A DNA stretch of 64,000 bases from Sphaerodactylus townsendi (Eukaryota): assembly GCF_021028975.2 (NCBI RefSeq), contig NC_059430.1:99200001-99264000 (forward strand), in the 5' to 3' direction. Positions within the stretch are counted from its first letter, which is position 1, and each line of letters starts with the position of its first letter. Positions 22,096 to 34,561 of this stretch are shown piece by piece. A program made the translations under genes and the position numbers. A model generated the notes under the pieces. The model saw only the letters and a program-made list of their open reading frames with translations, searched no databases and was not told the DNA's origin.

Positions 22096-23692
22096 TATGT
22101 ACATGACAGGAAATCTGGCCTCCTTCTCTTCTGCTCTTTGGAGATCTGTCTCCAGCCTTTATTGGGCTTGGGGAAGTCAATATAAATATCATTCAGACTG
22201 CAGGAAGGGAGAGCCGCTGCAGGTGTAGTGGTCAGACTAGGATCTGAGAGACTGAGGTTCAAATTCCCTTTCTGGCATGGAAGCTTGCTGCATGACCCAG
22301 GGCAGTTTCATACTCTCTGCCTAACCCATCTCACATGGTTGCTGTAAGGAAAAAATGGAGGAGAAGAGAACAATGTGGTAAGCTGTTTTGTGTACATGTT
22401 GAGGAGAACATTGGGGCACAAATGAAGATGACAGACAGACAGACAATATTCCTAGTATATCATTAAAAAACTCCCTGTTAGCAGGAGTAGCAGGAGACCC
22501 AGACCTCTCTCTTTGGTGTCTGCAGACTGGGCTAGAACAATCGCTGAGGGAGGAGGGTCAAACTTTCAGTCCTGGAATGGACTGGCAGCTCAGACAGTTT
22601 CCAGGGTCTCACTTGGGCAGGGGACTTGACCCCTACTATCCTGAGTGGAGTGGATAACCACACAGTGGCAGTTTGCTCCTCATTCCCTTGCAGGAGCAAA
22701 CTGCCATGGAACAGATGCTAAGGTGACCCCATCATTTGCTGTTGGTTTGGACATAAGCTCCAGACAGGTGAAGGTGTTTTGAATTGCACGTGACTTTCTG
22801 GGGAAGGGGAGTGGTTGTGACAGCGATATACCCCAAGTGCCACAGAGGGGACTCTTGGTGATCCCTCCAAGGAGCTCCTGGCCCCATGTTGCAAAAGCAC
22901 ATGTCTGTGTTTAGTAATTCCACAGGTGGAGATCCAACAGGTTCAACTCTTCTTTTTCAAAGGCATGTTAATTTTCTGTGTGCAGCATGGAGTTATTTGT
23001 TTCTTGCAGCCTGAAGTGATACAGCCCTACTGATGATATAGCTATGGTTGTCAACCTCCCCTCCTCAGACCCTGCCATCCCATGCTCCACCTCCAGATCT
23101 CTAGAAATTTTGCAACATGGAGTTGGCAACTGTTACCTTGAGCTCAGATCAAATTAAATAATTTAGTCCTGTTCCAAAAGCCTGGAGCTGATGACTGTGT
23201 TGCTACTCTTAAAGGTAAAGGTGCAAGCACCAGGTCATCTTTGACAGCCTTTTCAAGGCCTTTACTGATTTGGTTCAGTGTGACTTGTCACTTTTTATAG
23301 CTGTGTGAAATTAGCATCATATTCATAAACCACTGAAAAGCAGTCCAAATTATTCATAGCCTCTGACTCCTGCAGTCCAAAATCTGGTGGCTTATTGTGA
23401 AGCCACATGCCACATTGCTTTCCCATCAGTGCTCTCTGCATCCCTTCCAACATTACAGAGCCCCCCCTGTTGCTCAGACAGTGTGAGAGGTCTCCAAAAA
23501 GACCCCCAAGCCCTTTTCCTCCCTCCATGATTCATTTCCCCAGAAGCAGGTTTTGTTTTTCTTCTCAATAGCCTCATTTAAACTTTCCCCCCAGCTCTGA
23601 TGAACATCTACCCCTCATAGCAGCTGCCTCGAGTTGTCAATATTTGTTATTATTACAACCCCTCTAAGAAATGCTCAAAGAAGACAGCACAT

Positions 23693-23883
23693 GTGGCGTA
23701 GTGGTTAAGAGTGGGTGGATTCTAATCTGGAGACCTGGGTTTGATTCCCCACTCCTCCACCTGAATGGCAGAGGCTTATCTGGTGAACCAGAAGTGTGTC
23801 TGCTGCACTCCTACATTCCTGCTGGGTGACCCTGGGCTAGTCACAGTTCCCTCAGAAGTCTCTCAGGCCCACCTACCTCACAG
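23693..23883 (+). mobile_element. Squam3-like SINE, 3'-truncated
   Basis: Head GTGGCGTAGTGGTTAAGAG plus B box and CORE-like body. Confidence 0.8.
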
Positions 23884-23894
23884 ATGGAAGAGCA

Positions 23895-24350
23895 TTTTAA
23901 TCGTATTGTATCATATAGACCTTTAATGGCATAAGTAAACTTTTACATCAAGAGCTCAGTTAAAATACAGCAGGCAAAATTGAAGCAAGGAACCCAGCAA
24001 CAGCATCGATCCGTCTTTTGCTAGCATCATTGAGAAGCAGTCTAGTCATTCCTAAGTCTGAAGCAGGTGGGAGGCTATTGATATGGGATTCTATGTATTG
24101 TTTTCTCTGGACTTTATGTTTAGTACAATGTAGTAGGATGTGTTGAGTAGATCCGGTTTGATTCCACAGGCAGTTACATAGGCGTTCCTGAGAAGGAATG
24201 GGTAGGTATCTTTCTCTGGTAACGGCTGAGGGTAAGATGTTGAATCGGGCCTGCATGAAGGCATGGCATTTCTTTGGTGAGGTTAAGTTTGTGAAATAAG
24301 TGGCCAGAGTTCCACTCAAAGGAAGAATGCTGTAGCTCAAGGGGGAACAG
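23895..24350 (-). mobile_element. LINE 3' fragment (RTE-X-like) encoding a C-terminal Cys/His knuckle
   Basis: ORF 23960-24340 reads AFMQARFNILPS..RYLPIPSQERLCNC..HILLHC..R. The 3' UTR ends TATGCCATTAAAGG plus a short repeat tail. Clade assignment is tentative. Confidence 0.7.
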
Positions 24351-25538
24351 ACTCTGTTACCCTATGAGATTAAGAAATGAAGTTCTAAATGTAAATATAT
24401 TTACAATTTTATATGCCATTAAAGGTTGAATTGAATTGAAGAAATGAAGTGGAGGAAAAGGATCAAACATTCCATTTGACAACAAACTAGCAGATTCACT
24501 GCATTCCAGTCTTTAAAAACAACCAGAAAGAGATAGAGTCATAGAAATCCCTCCCCCCAACAATATACAGTTGGCTCCTTTCCCTTTCCCTTCCACTAAA
24601 TCCAAAACACACATGAACACATTTGCTCACTTAATTTTATCAGACTACAACAAAGCCAAACCAAAGATTCAAGCCTTGGTATGTTGAGGGTTGGGTTGTT
24701 GTCTTGCAGGGATTTCAATTCTGGATTGGAAAATGCATGGAGCTTTGGGAGTGGAGTTTGGGGAGGGTGGGATTTATGGAAGGGTGGGACCTTGGTGGGG
24801 TATAATTCCATAGGATCCACCTTCCAAAGCAGCCCTAAGAGGTCCTTTGTAGGCCAGCCTTGATTTCTTCCTTCCATGCATTTTCCAATCCAGAATTGAA
24901 ATCCCTGCAAGACAACAACCCAACCCTCAACATACCAAGGCTTGAATCTTTGGTTTGGCTTTGTTGTAGTCTGATAAAATTAAGTGAGCAAATGTGTTCA
25001 TGTGTGTTTTGGATTTAGTGGAAGGGAAAGGGAAAGGAGCCAACTGTATATTGTTGGGGGGAGGGATTTCTATGACTCTATCTCTTTCTGGTTGTTTTTA
25101 AAGACTGGAATGCAGTGAATCTGCTAGTTTGTTGTCAAATGGAATGTTTGATCCTTTTCCTCCACTTCATTTCTTCAATTCAATTCAACCTTTAATGGCA
25201 TATAAAATTGTAAATATATTTACATTTAGAACTTCATTTCTTAATCTCATAGGGTAACAGAGTCTGTTCCCCCTTGAGCTACAGCATTCTTCCTTTGAGT
25301 GGAACTCTGGCCACTTATTTCACAAACTTAACCTCACCAAAGAAATGCCATGCCTTCATGCAGGCCCGATTCAACATCTTACCCTCAGCCGTTACCAGAG
25401 AAAGATACCTACCCATTCCTTCTCAGGAACGCCTATGTAACTGCCTGTGGAATCAAACCGGATCTACTCAACACATCCTACTACATTGTACTAAACATAA
25501 AGTCCAGAGAAAACAATACATAGAATCCCATATCAATA
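24076..25538. repeat. 666-bp inverted duplication (arms 24076-24741 and 24873-25538, 131-bp spacer)
   Basis: The arms are reverse complements with no mismatch seen in the parts I compared. Identical ORF translations occur on opposite strands (23960-24340 minus, 25274-25612 plus). Confidence 0.95.
24384..24438 (+). mobile_element. 55-bp LINE 3' tail insertion
   Basis: TATGCCATTAAAGG(TTGAA)n flanked by 12-bp TSD AAGAAATGAAGT (24372-24383 and 24439-24450). Confidence 0.75.
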
Positions 25539-27659
25539 TGGGTAGCTTCTGGGTAGCTAAGGTAAAGCATCTCTTCCTTTTAAAACCCTCTCAATATTCT
25601 TTCCAAAACTAGCCAGGCCCTTGCTTAGCACATTATCCTCTAAGCGGCACCTTTTCTGTCTCCAGGTTTTTAAGAGAGAAAGAATTATCTATGATACAAA
25701 GCTTTCCTTTTATTAAAGAGAGCCAGGTCTGCACCGTGAGTTATTATTGTCATAAAAACTAATGAGGTCCCTTGTGGTCCGCGCCCTTCATCTCCTCGCA
25801 TTCCCCACCTTATTGATTGCAGTTGTACAAAAGGCATAAACGTACATCAGCTCGTTCAAAACAAAGGCTAGGTTGTATTTAAAATAAAAAATAATCAGCC
25901 CTCTGCTGTTTTATACAAACAGTCTTTCTGTTAAAAAAAAACACCACTGTCCCCTTTTCATGAATCTCAGAACTCCTTTGGAGGGGGGAAAGGGTCACCG
26001 TTTGGATTACATTGCCCTCACTCTCCTGCGCTCTCACTTGCCCTCTGTGGTCTCATCATTTAGGCAAATCTGATTCAAGCACGTCTGACACAATCACTTT
26101 ATTTTCTGCCATTCAGGTGAGGCAAGAATGGTGGAGGGACCACAATGCTGGGAATCTCCCATCTGATCACTCATTGGCTCAAATATAAAATCCTCCACGA
26201 GGCAGTCCCCCTAGAAAATGAAATTCTGCCATCACTTCTATTGCCCAGCTGTTCGACAATCTTTAGAGAGGTTTGACTTGTGAGTAATTGTGGCCACTGA
26301 ATATGGTATGTGCACCTTACCAAACAAATTTGCTGCATCTCTAGTGACTGAGTTTTTCACAGTTCTGGCCCATTCATGGAAGACACTGCCTCTGTGGGGC
26401 CAATTAGATGAGATGCTATCCCCAAGTTCACCCAGTAGGCCCATGTCTATTTTGCAGAGCCCTGGAATACCTTTTAAGAGCACTGTTGGGCCCACTGTCT
26501 CTGGTTGGAAAAATGACAGAGGGAAAAGACCTCCTCTCCCCATGCCATGCCATGCCCAACAAGAACTAGCCCCTCACAGAACTCGTAAAAGGGATTCCAG
26601 AGTCTACAAAATGGAGGCAAATCCCTGTCAGGAAACTCAAGGATGACATCTCATCTAGCTTGGCTCCATGTCTCTGAAAATGTAATGGCTCAATCTTGTC
26701 TTCTTCTGAACTGGGGCGGGGGGGGGAGGGGGTGTGATTCAATCATCCCAGCACTCAAGATGGAGGAGATCTTCCCATTCACAAAGGGACATGGGGGTTG
26801 GGGAGTCTTTGCTGAGGGTGGGTAATTCCAGCTGTCTGGTCTCTATAAGCAATCTCTTCCAGGTATACTAGCGATGTGAATTCAGGGAAAGAATAAAGCA
26901 TGTGGCTCAAGTCAGCAGGGCTGTCCTTTAATCAGAGCAGGTGGCAGGGAGCTTGGCTATTGCAAGTTTTTGTTTGACACATCTCTGGTCTAGCTCAGGG
27001 CCATTTATTCTGTATGTCAGCTCTTGGAATGGACCTAATAAAAAAGATGAAAAGCAGAAAGTCTTTGCTGGGGAGGAGAAATCCGCTGGTGATCACAGTT
27101 GCTGCCGCTGGTGCTAAAAGTCCCCCAACATAAATCTATTTTCTCCAGAATCAATTTCTCCTCACACTCAGTTCTCTCTGAAGCTTGGAGGTTATTTTTA
27201 GTATAGAAATTGCTATGAAACAGGGGGACCACCCATGCCACCTCACTCCTTTGAGCTCCATTCCAAATACCTTTTAAACGCAGTGGTACATCTAGTCCAG
27301 CATTTTCTCTCTCTTCATATTAATACATTTCCCCAGACAGCTTCATGTAGGAACCATGGAAGGGCACTCTGTCAGTCCTGCCTGTCATTTCAGAAAATAA
27401 AGATACAGAAGACCAGAGAAAGAACTTTCTTTATGAATTTGTTAGCATGCAAGAGTTTAAATTATACAGAACAGTGTTGATGAAGAATTCTGTGAAATGT
27501 AAAAGGCTGCATCACCCAAGCTAATCCTGTGACAAAAAAACCTTCTTGCCTGGTTGTAAATTCTTTCTCCTGAAAACAGGGGGAGTGTGTGAGAAGAACA
27601 GCTGCGTGCAAATATATATAAGAAAGAGTTCCTGCTTCACAAGAATGAACGTCCATCAA

Positions 27660-27845
27660 GTATGTATGTGCTATCAAGTCACAATTGACTTAAGGCAATC
27701 CCAGCAAGGGGCTTTTAAGGCAAGTTGGAAGCAGAGGTGGCTTAAAATTGCCTTCCTTTGCAGGGTCTTCTTTGGGGGTCCCCCACCCCCGCTTAGTTTT
27801 TGAGATCTGGTGAGATTGAGCTATAGCAAGCTGCCTTCCCTTCAA
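27660..27845 (-). mobile_element. 5S-headed SINE, deleted copy
   Basis: Homologous to the 30980 and 57565 copies. Confidence 0.55.
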
Positions 27846-27984
27846 AGTCTGTCAAGTACAGTCAACCAGTTCTGAACAGCATCCGGTCAGACACTTCTCA
27901 GAAGCCCACAAGCACAGCGGGAAGTCAGCAGGCCTTCCTTGCTGGTTAGTTATGTCTCTGATATTTAGAGGAAGTTGTGTCAAG

Positions 27985-28378
27985 CTGCTTCTGACTCAGG
28001 GTGATTCTATGAATCAATGTCCTTTGAAACGTCGATAACAGCCTTGTTCAGTTCTTGCAAATTGAGGGCCGTGGTCTGCTTTATAGAGTAAATGCATTTC
28101 ATGTTGGGTCTTCCTCTTTTTCTGCCGCCTTCAACCCTCCATAGCATTATTGTCTTTTTCAGTGACTCTCGTCTTCTCATTATGTGATCAAAGTACAATA
28201 GTCTCATCTGGAACCCACTTATTTGGGTATTTTCGGCAGTCCACAGTATCCATAACACTATCTTCCAACTCTACATTTCCAAGGAATCTACTTTCTTCCT
28301 GACAACTTTCACATCCATACATAATAACAGGGAATACTATGGCATGAATTAACTTCATCTTGGTTGCCAGTGACATAT
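27985..28378 (-). mobile_element. RTE-BovB LINE 3' fragment
   Basis: Translates as MSLATKMKLIHAIVFPVIMYGCES and YFDHIMRRRESLKKTIML..EGGRKRGRP. Confidence 0.85.
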
Positions 28379-30119
28379 TTGGAGGAATATTGTCCCTGAA
28401 TATGGAAGGACTATGTTTCTGTCATGATTAGTAGCCATTGATCAGTATATCCTCCAAGAACTTATTTACATAGGTAAAAAGCTCAAGAAAACTTTAAACC
28501 TACACAACGCCATTCGGATGTTCTATTTGTAGATCCAGTTTTTGTATTCACCCACTGGAATGCAGGCAATGATTTCCCATCCCTTCATTTTTGCTCCTTC
28601 ACTCTTTCAGCATACAGGAGGCAGAAAACCCATCCACGTTGGGATAATCCCATTTTAATGAGGAGCAGCTGCTTTCTGCTATGGGAACCCAGGACTTCAA
28701 TTACCTGCCTGCATTGTGCTGACAAGCCAGCTCCAGTTCAGCAGATGAAGATAATAATAATGAGGCCGCTTGATTTTCAGGTGGTGGAGAGTTAGAGCGC
28801 TTCTGAGGCAAGGCAACTTTCTGTCTTTTCAAGGAGAACAAAAGTTTTCCAAAACAGGCAATCTGACAGCTGAACCCAACCATCTGAAATGCTCTGTTAG
28901 AGGCGCAAACCCACAAACTTTTCTGACAAAAACTCCTCCAAAGAACATGTAGGAACGACAGGGTCTTTGGATGCAGCTGGGAGATTTGTAAGAGGAAATA
29001 TCTGAAGGCAAAAGCCTGCTTTGGAACAAGCAGTCCCGTTCCACTAAAGGTGGTGCTTTCCCCTGCAGCAAGAAGCCTTCTCCTGACGTGCCTTATAAGA
29101 CTGTAGAACAATCCAGATTTTTCACTTAGAGCAGAAGATCAGTCATGTAACCAACCGAAATGGGCCTTCCAGTCAGTCTCTCTCTTTTTGCAAGGGTAAA
29201 TGAAATTCAAGCAGTGGTTTTTCGAGTTGCTCCTAAACAGCATCCCAGATGGCGGTTCAGAGTCACCAGGTGTTACCAAGATTCAATTTCCCCAAAGGAA
29301 TCTGGGATTACAGCATTCCAGATTGCATGAAGAAGGTATAAAGGCAATCTAATGAGGGTTTTTTAAAAGTTCCAAATGGTTTCACGTTTTAGTAAGGAAA
29401 ACTGGGGTCCCAAATCCACCTCCGAAGACTCTCCCACACAGACACTTGTGCTCTCATTCAGTTGTGGGGAGCTGTTCATTTTTATTTATTTATTCATTAA
29501 AACTTTTCTAGCCCACCTTTCCTCTTGGTTTGAGGCAACTTGCAGTGATCATCAAAACACTCCCAGCTAAAACTTATTTCAAATATCCCCTCATTATACT
29601 CATGTTTGCTGATGGCTGGCAAGCCCCACCCTTAGTCCCTGACCCTTGAAAAATTGAGGAGTGGGAGAAAAATGAAAATGGGTTCTGGAGCAAAAGTCTC
29701 GGAATTTCCACATACCTCTATCATCTTTAACCACAGAAATTAAAGGAAATTCATAGAGAATTACCAAGAAGAAGCATCATATTCTCCCCAAATTCCACCT
29801 TCCCCAGATACTGTCCTCAAAATCCCTTTGGCTGTGAAGTGCTGGCAACTCCGTTTATGCCTCCTCAATATAAAATTTATGATTATAGGCCTGATTACAT
29901 CTAGGGGTAATTTCCCACTGCTGGCCTCTGGCCTAATGAGCAGCAGGAGCAAAAAGGGGGGAATAGAGTTGTGTGACATGATGACATTACTTCTGGCCAC
30001 ATGTCTGCAAGTAACACTGAAGCGCTGTATGAAGCTATTTTTTGTCTGGCTCCCTGCCATGTCGCTACTGGTTGGAGGGTTGACAGGTCTTCCCTAGTCA
30101 CAGGCAGAGGGTGTGGGGT

Positions 30120-30447
30120 AGAAGAAGGAGGAGGAGGAGGAGGAGGAGGAGGAGGAGGAGGAGGAGGAGGAGGAGGAGGAGGAGATTAGATTTATACCCC
30201 ACCTTTCTCTCCTGTAAGGTGGCTTACAAACTCCTTTCCTTTCCTCTCCCCACAACAGACACCTTGTGAGGTAGGTAGGGTTGAGAGAGTGCTGAAAGCC
30301 CAAGGTCACCCAGCAGGAATGTAGGAGTGCGGAAACACATCTGGTTCACCAGAGAAGCCTCTGCCACTCAAGTGGAGTTGTGGGGAATTAAACCCGGTTC
30401 TCCAGATTAGAATCCACCTGCTTTTAACCACTACATCACGCTGACTC
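30120..30447 (-). mobile_element. Squam3-like SINE with expanded (TCC)n tail
   Basis: Reverse complement of the 15512 family, with about 19 GGA units at 30127-30183. Confidence 0.85.
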
Positions 30448-30448
30448 T

Positions 30449-30642
30449 CAGGGTCGCTAGCTCCAGGTTGGGAAACCCCTGAAGATTTGGGAATAGAGGT
30501 GACAGACCTTAGTGGAGTACAATGCCTTCCAGCCCTCCCTCCAAAGCATTCATTTTCTCTGGGGACACTGATTTCTGTAGTCTGAAGATGAGCTATGGTT
30601 CTTGGCGATTCCCAGGTCCTACCTGGAGGCTGAAATCCCTAC
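30449..30642. mobile_element. hAT (Blackjack-like) MITE, TAGGGTTGCC family
   Basis: Homologous to 34344-34561. Further fragments near 23044, 24690, 40950, 48263 and 49200. Confidence 0.65.
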
Positions 30643-30979
30643 CTGATTGCCAACCCCAATGCCAAACCACGCAACTGTTTAGATGAGTTCATCAGACAGC
30701 GAGGCTGTCCATCCAGGAACTGTCCAAAGTCCTGTCTGCTGATTTTCAGCGAAGTTGTTATGTCATAATTCTCCAAATCAACAGTCTGCAAATTGTGACT
30801 TTCCAAATGTACTTTGTGATGGAAGCAAATACAGCTGTTTCAGAGAAAAAGAAAGACAATCAAAAAGTTATGTTAAGATATATTGGGTGGGTAGATGGGA
30901 TGGTAGGATCAGCAGTGTGTCAAGGAAACGACAGGCAAAGAGTTTGATGGAACGAGAGGGGTTTTCAGAGACCCTCTGT

Positions 30980-31175
30980 GCATGTAAAGTGCCATCGAGT
31001 CACAGCCAACTTAAGGCAACTCCAGCAATGGGTTCCCATGGCAAGTAAGAAGCAGAGGCAGTTTGCCATTGCCTTCCTCTGCAGAGTCTTCCTTGGTGGT
31101 CTCCCTTCCAAGTACTGACCCTGTTTATCTTATGAGAGCTCATCAGATCAGGCTATACTATATACCACCTTTCCT
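30980..31175 (-). mobile_element. 5S-headed SINE with RTE-like tail
   Basis: CTTGGTGGTCTCCCTTCCAAGTACTGACCCTG is the reverse complement of a 5S-like segment. Confidence 0.7.
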
Positions 31176-31329
31176 TCTCAGAAACATTTTACAGAAAGGC
31201 AAAGGACAAAAGTGCACAGTTGCCAGGAATCCAAACACAAACCATGGATGGATTTATGCCAGTACGAGAAAACAATCATGCAGGGCATTCCTATGTATAT
31301 TTATATGTTTTTGAGGTTACGTATGTGAT

Positions 31330-31590
31330 ACTTGGTATAGTGGTTAAGAGCAGCAGACTAATCTGGAGAACTGGGTTTGATTCCCCACTCTCCCACATGA
31401 GCAGTAGACTCTTATCGGGTGAACTGGATATGTTTCCCCACTCCTTCACATGAAGCCTGCTGGGTGACCTTGGGCTAGTCACAGTTCTCTCAAAACTCTC
31501 TCAGACCCACCAGCCTGGGTTTTTTTTGGGGGGGGGGGATTGTAAGCCACTTCAAGATTCTTACAGTAGAAAAAAAAACTCTTCTTCATT
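31330..31590 (+). mobile_element. Squam3-like SINE
   Basis: A/B boxes and CORE-like body. Confidence 0.75.
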
Positions 31591-31829
31591 TTCTGCTTCC
31601 TAATGAGGAGTTGCAATAACCAGAGTTTGGGCTGCAGACGCCTCAGGGATTATTATACAAAATCTCAAATATTAGTTTGTACATTTTCAGTTATGCAAAT
31701 GACTCTTTGGTGATTTCCTGCTCTCACCTTTGACAGAGTTTGGCCTTTTAATGATAAACCTCTTAGTTTCAGACTGTTTTTTCTTTGCTCTTCAGTAAAA
31801 CATGATTCATCTAGTGTGGAGGTGACTCA

Positions 31830-31997
31830 TGAAGCTGCCTGATACTGAACCAGACCACCGTTCCCCATCCTGGTTAGTTCTGTCTCTTCAGGGTCTCAGA
31901 TTAAGTTCTCTCACCTCACCTGATCCTTTCAACTGAATGTGCCGGGGACTGAAACCTTTTGTGGCCGAGAAGATTCTCTGCCACTGAGCCACAGCCC
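31830..31997 (-). mobile_element. tRNA-headed SINE with CR1-like tail
   Basis: Minus-strand head GGGCTGTGGCTCAGTGG and tail ending CAGGCAGCTTCAT. Homologous to 58380-58575. Confidence 0.6.
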
Positions 31998-33458
31998 GTC
32001 ACCAAGAGTCAGGAAAACTAACATTGGGATGTGAATTTAACAGATTCTGCCCTGCCTCCTCAAGTGATTTATCTATCTGTTTGTTTCATATATATCCCAC
32101 TTTTCTCCCCTAGACTTCACCATAATTCTCCAGAACAGGCTCCACTCCACTCCAGATTTACCAGACTCAACCTCAGCCTTACCTATTAAACCAAGATTTT
32201 GTATTGAACCTCCATGTGCAAACACCACCAAATAGTGGCTTCGTGTTTTACAATTCAGAGCACAGGGATTCTGCCAGCATTTCTCTTTTGCAAACTTTTT
32301 GGAGATAACAGTCAGAGCAAACAATTTGCATTCAGCCACTTGGGAGGGGAGGGGGAGGGGGAAGCTGTCCTTGCAATAGACTGCAGTTAAAATGGAAGCT
32401 TTCGTTACTTGGAATTCATTTCCCCAAACATTTACTAAAAGGAGAGAAACAACAGCAAAAAATATGCTGGATTCCGTGGAAGACCAATAGTTCTCCAGGA
32501 ATACATTTTCTCCTCCGTGCTTAATGGGGAACACAGAAAGCAAGATTAGATGCACTTAAGTAAGGTGGCTTCTTCCTTTGTTTCTTCCTTGGCGGTACAC
32601 ACCGTTCTATTGGTATGACCCTGTCAGGCACCACGCAGACAAACATTCAACATATTCGAGTCCGAAAGGAAACAATTGGTACAAAATACACATTATGCAA
32701 AATAGCTGGCTACCAAAAAAGACATGCATGCCTAATTAGAGGGTGGGGGGGAAACACACCATTCACTGAAAAATCAAAAGCAAGTCCTTTCGTAAACCAT
32801 GTGGTTTCCTTTGTATAGTTCAGGTTCACGTTAGTGTTGAATATCAATCAGTTCACATAGCTGCAGTGTTTTCCAACCTGACGGAAGGTTCAGACTCCTG
32901 CGGCACCAAGCAGCATGTCCTGCATGCGCACTCTCATCATTATTTACAATCGTCTTCCAAAGTAGGTCAATTATCCCCACAGTGCAGATGGGGAGCTGAA
33001 GCCAGGGTCAGGGGGTTGCTTGTGGCTGTCCAGAGTCTCCATGGCAGTGAAGAACAAGTTTCCAGATTCACTTACAAAAGCTCAGGGTTTCTGCTACTAT
33101 GCTACTCTTGGCTCATGAGATGCAGCCACAGAGGTCAAACTCAGAGCCAGACCTCAGGCTCAGAATCAGACCCAAGGCTAAGGGCTGGCTGACAGGATTT
33201 GACCTGAAATGTCCAGCTATTAAACCTCTTTCCCAGCACAGGGCTCTGCAAAAAGGAGACAGAATCAAGGCAATAGATAATTTGTCACCGTGGCCTGTCC
33301 AAGTGTTCAGTTATGGCAAATGTAGACTGGATTATATGGCACCTAAGTCCATGTTATGCTTTTCCTTGGTGCTCATTGGGTCTGTGTGATCAGGCATGCC
33401 CTGGTGAGTTACCCTGTTGGGAATCCAGTTTCCAAGTCCATGGAGTCCAGTTTGGATC

Positions 33459-34163
33459 TGTTGGAAGAAAGGGACTTTACGCTGTTTCCTGCCTCATCCT
33501 ACAGAGGGTTTTTTTTACTAGCGAGCTAGTAGGGACTTAGGAATTTGTCACCTTTACTCTATCATGCTGACTCTGGATTGTGTTCCCTGGTTTCCCCACT
33601 GCTCTGCGCGGGGTCATCAAAAGGCACCGTTTTCAGCAGCGCCAGAAATGACGCGCGCTGAGGGGGTGCGAGAGCGGCAGAGTCGGGGCGGCTGCGTTGT
33701 CGCCACTCCTGTAGTGGGGAGTGCCCCTGGACCCCACGCTACTTTTCAAGAGTAGCACGCAGCAAACGGTGAGTGGGGAAAGGCCCTCTATCCCTTTGAT
33801 GTAGACTGATACCCTTAGGGACTTCCTCCCTTGCTTCCACCTTCTTCTCAGAACCTCTCCATCTTACTTTCACCATGCCTAGGGAGAGGATGTGTCTCCT
33901 ACGCATCCGCCTCCATCCAGCTAATTAGAATAGATAGTGAACCTATTTCTCCATCTTTCTATCCAGAATGGAGTTCACTAATAAATACTCTTTTCATTAG
34001 ATTAGAAACTACAAACGACTCTGACTTTCTTTTGTGTCTGAAGTTCTCTCTAGCAAGCTCAGCCACGCGTGTGTGCCCAGGTAAGCTTCCCTGTGTTCAG
34101 CCTCTGTGCCGCTCTGCTACTTTTGCAAGGGAAACACACGCACCAGGTGTGGTTCTCCCAACA
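33459..34163 (+). mobile_element. solo copia LTR (same subfamily as 5160) with a nested 211-bp insertion
   Basis: TGTTGG...CCAACA ends, 5-bp TSD GGATC, close match to 5160-5658 apart from the insert. Confidence 0.93.
33575..33785. mobile_element. CpG-rich MITE-like insertion (Harbinger-like end)
   Basis: Absent from the sister LTR. CTCT is duplicated at both sides. Inverted repeat TTTCCCCACT (33591)/AGTGGGGAAA (33772), ending GGCC. Confidence 0.7.
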
Positions 34164-34343
34164 GGATCAAGCCTATAATGCACAAGGAGAAAGGGCATAT
34201 GGCTCCCCACCCATTTTACCAACCTGCAATGGCTATAATCCCATTGGGGGCTCCTAATCTGCTGATAGGGTGCACACAGGTATACACAACAACAGGACCT
34301 CGGGGGCAGTTCAGGTTACAAAAAAAAATGATGCTGAAGAACA

Positions 34344-34561
34344 GTAGGGTTGCCAACCTCCAGGTGAGGCATGGAGAATGCCTATGATTACACCTAATTT
34401 CCTGATGACAGAGATTGGTTCTTCTGGAGAAAATGGCTGCTTTAGAGAGTGGATCCTATGTCATTACACCCCACTGAGGCCCCTCCCTTCCCTACCCCCA
34501 CCCACCTCAAGTTCTACCACCAAATCTCCAGGAATTCTCCAACCTGGATTTGGTAACCCTA
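34344..34561. mobile_element. hAT (Blackjack-like) MITE
   Basis: TIR TAGGGTTGCCAA/TTGGTAACCCTA. Confidence 0.78.

Noticed and set aside
23960-25612. Two identical-start ORFs as duplicated genes
   Set aside because: They are a LINE C-terminal remnant copied by the inverted duplication.
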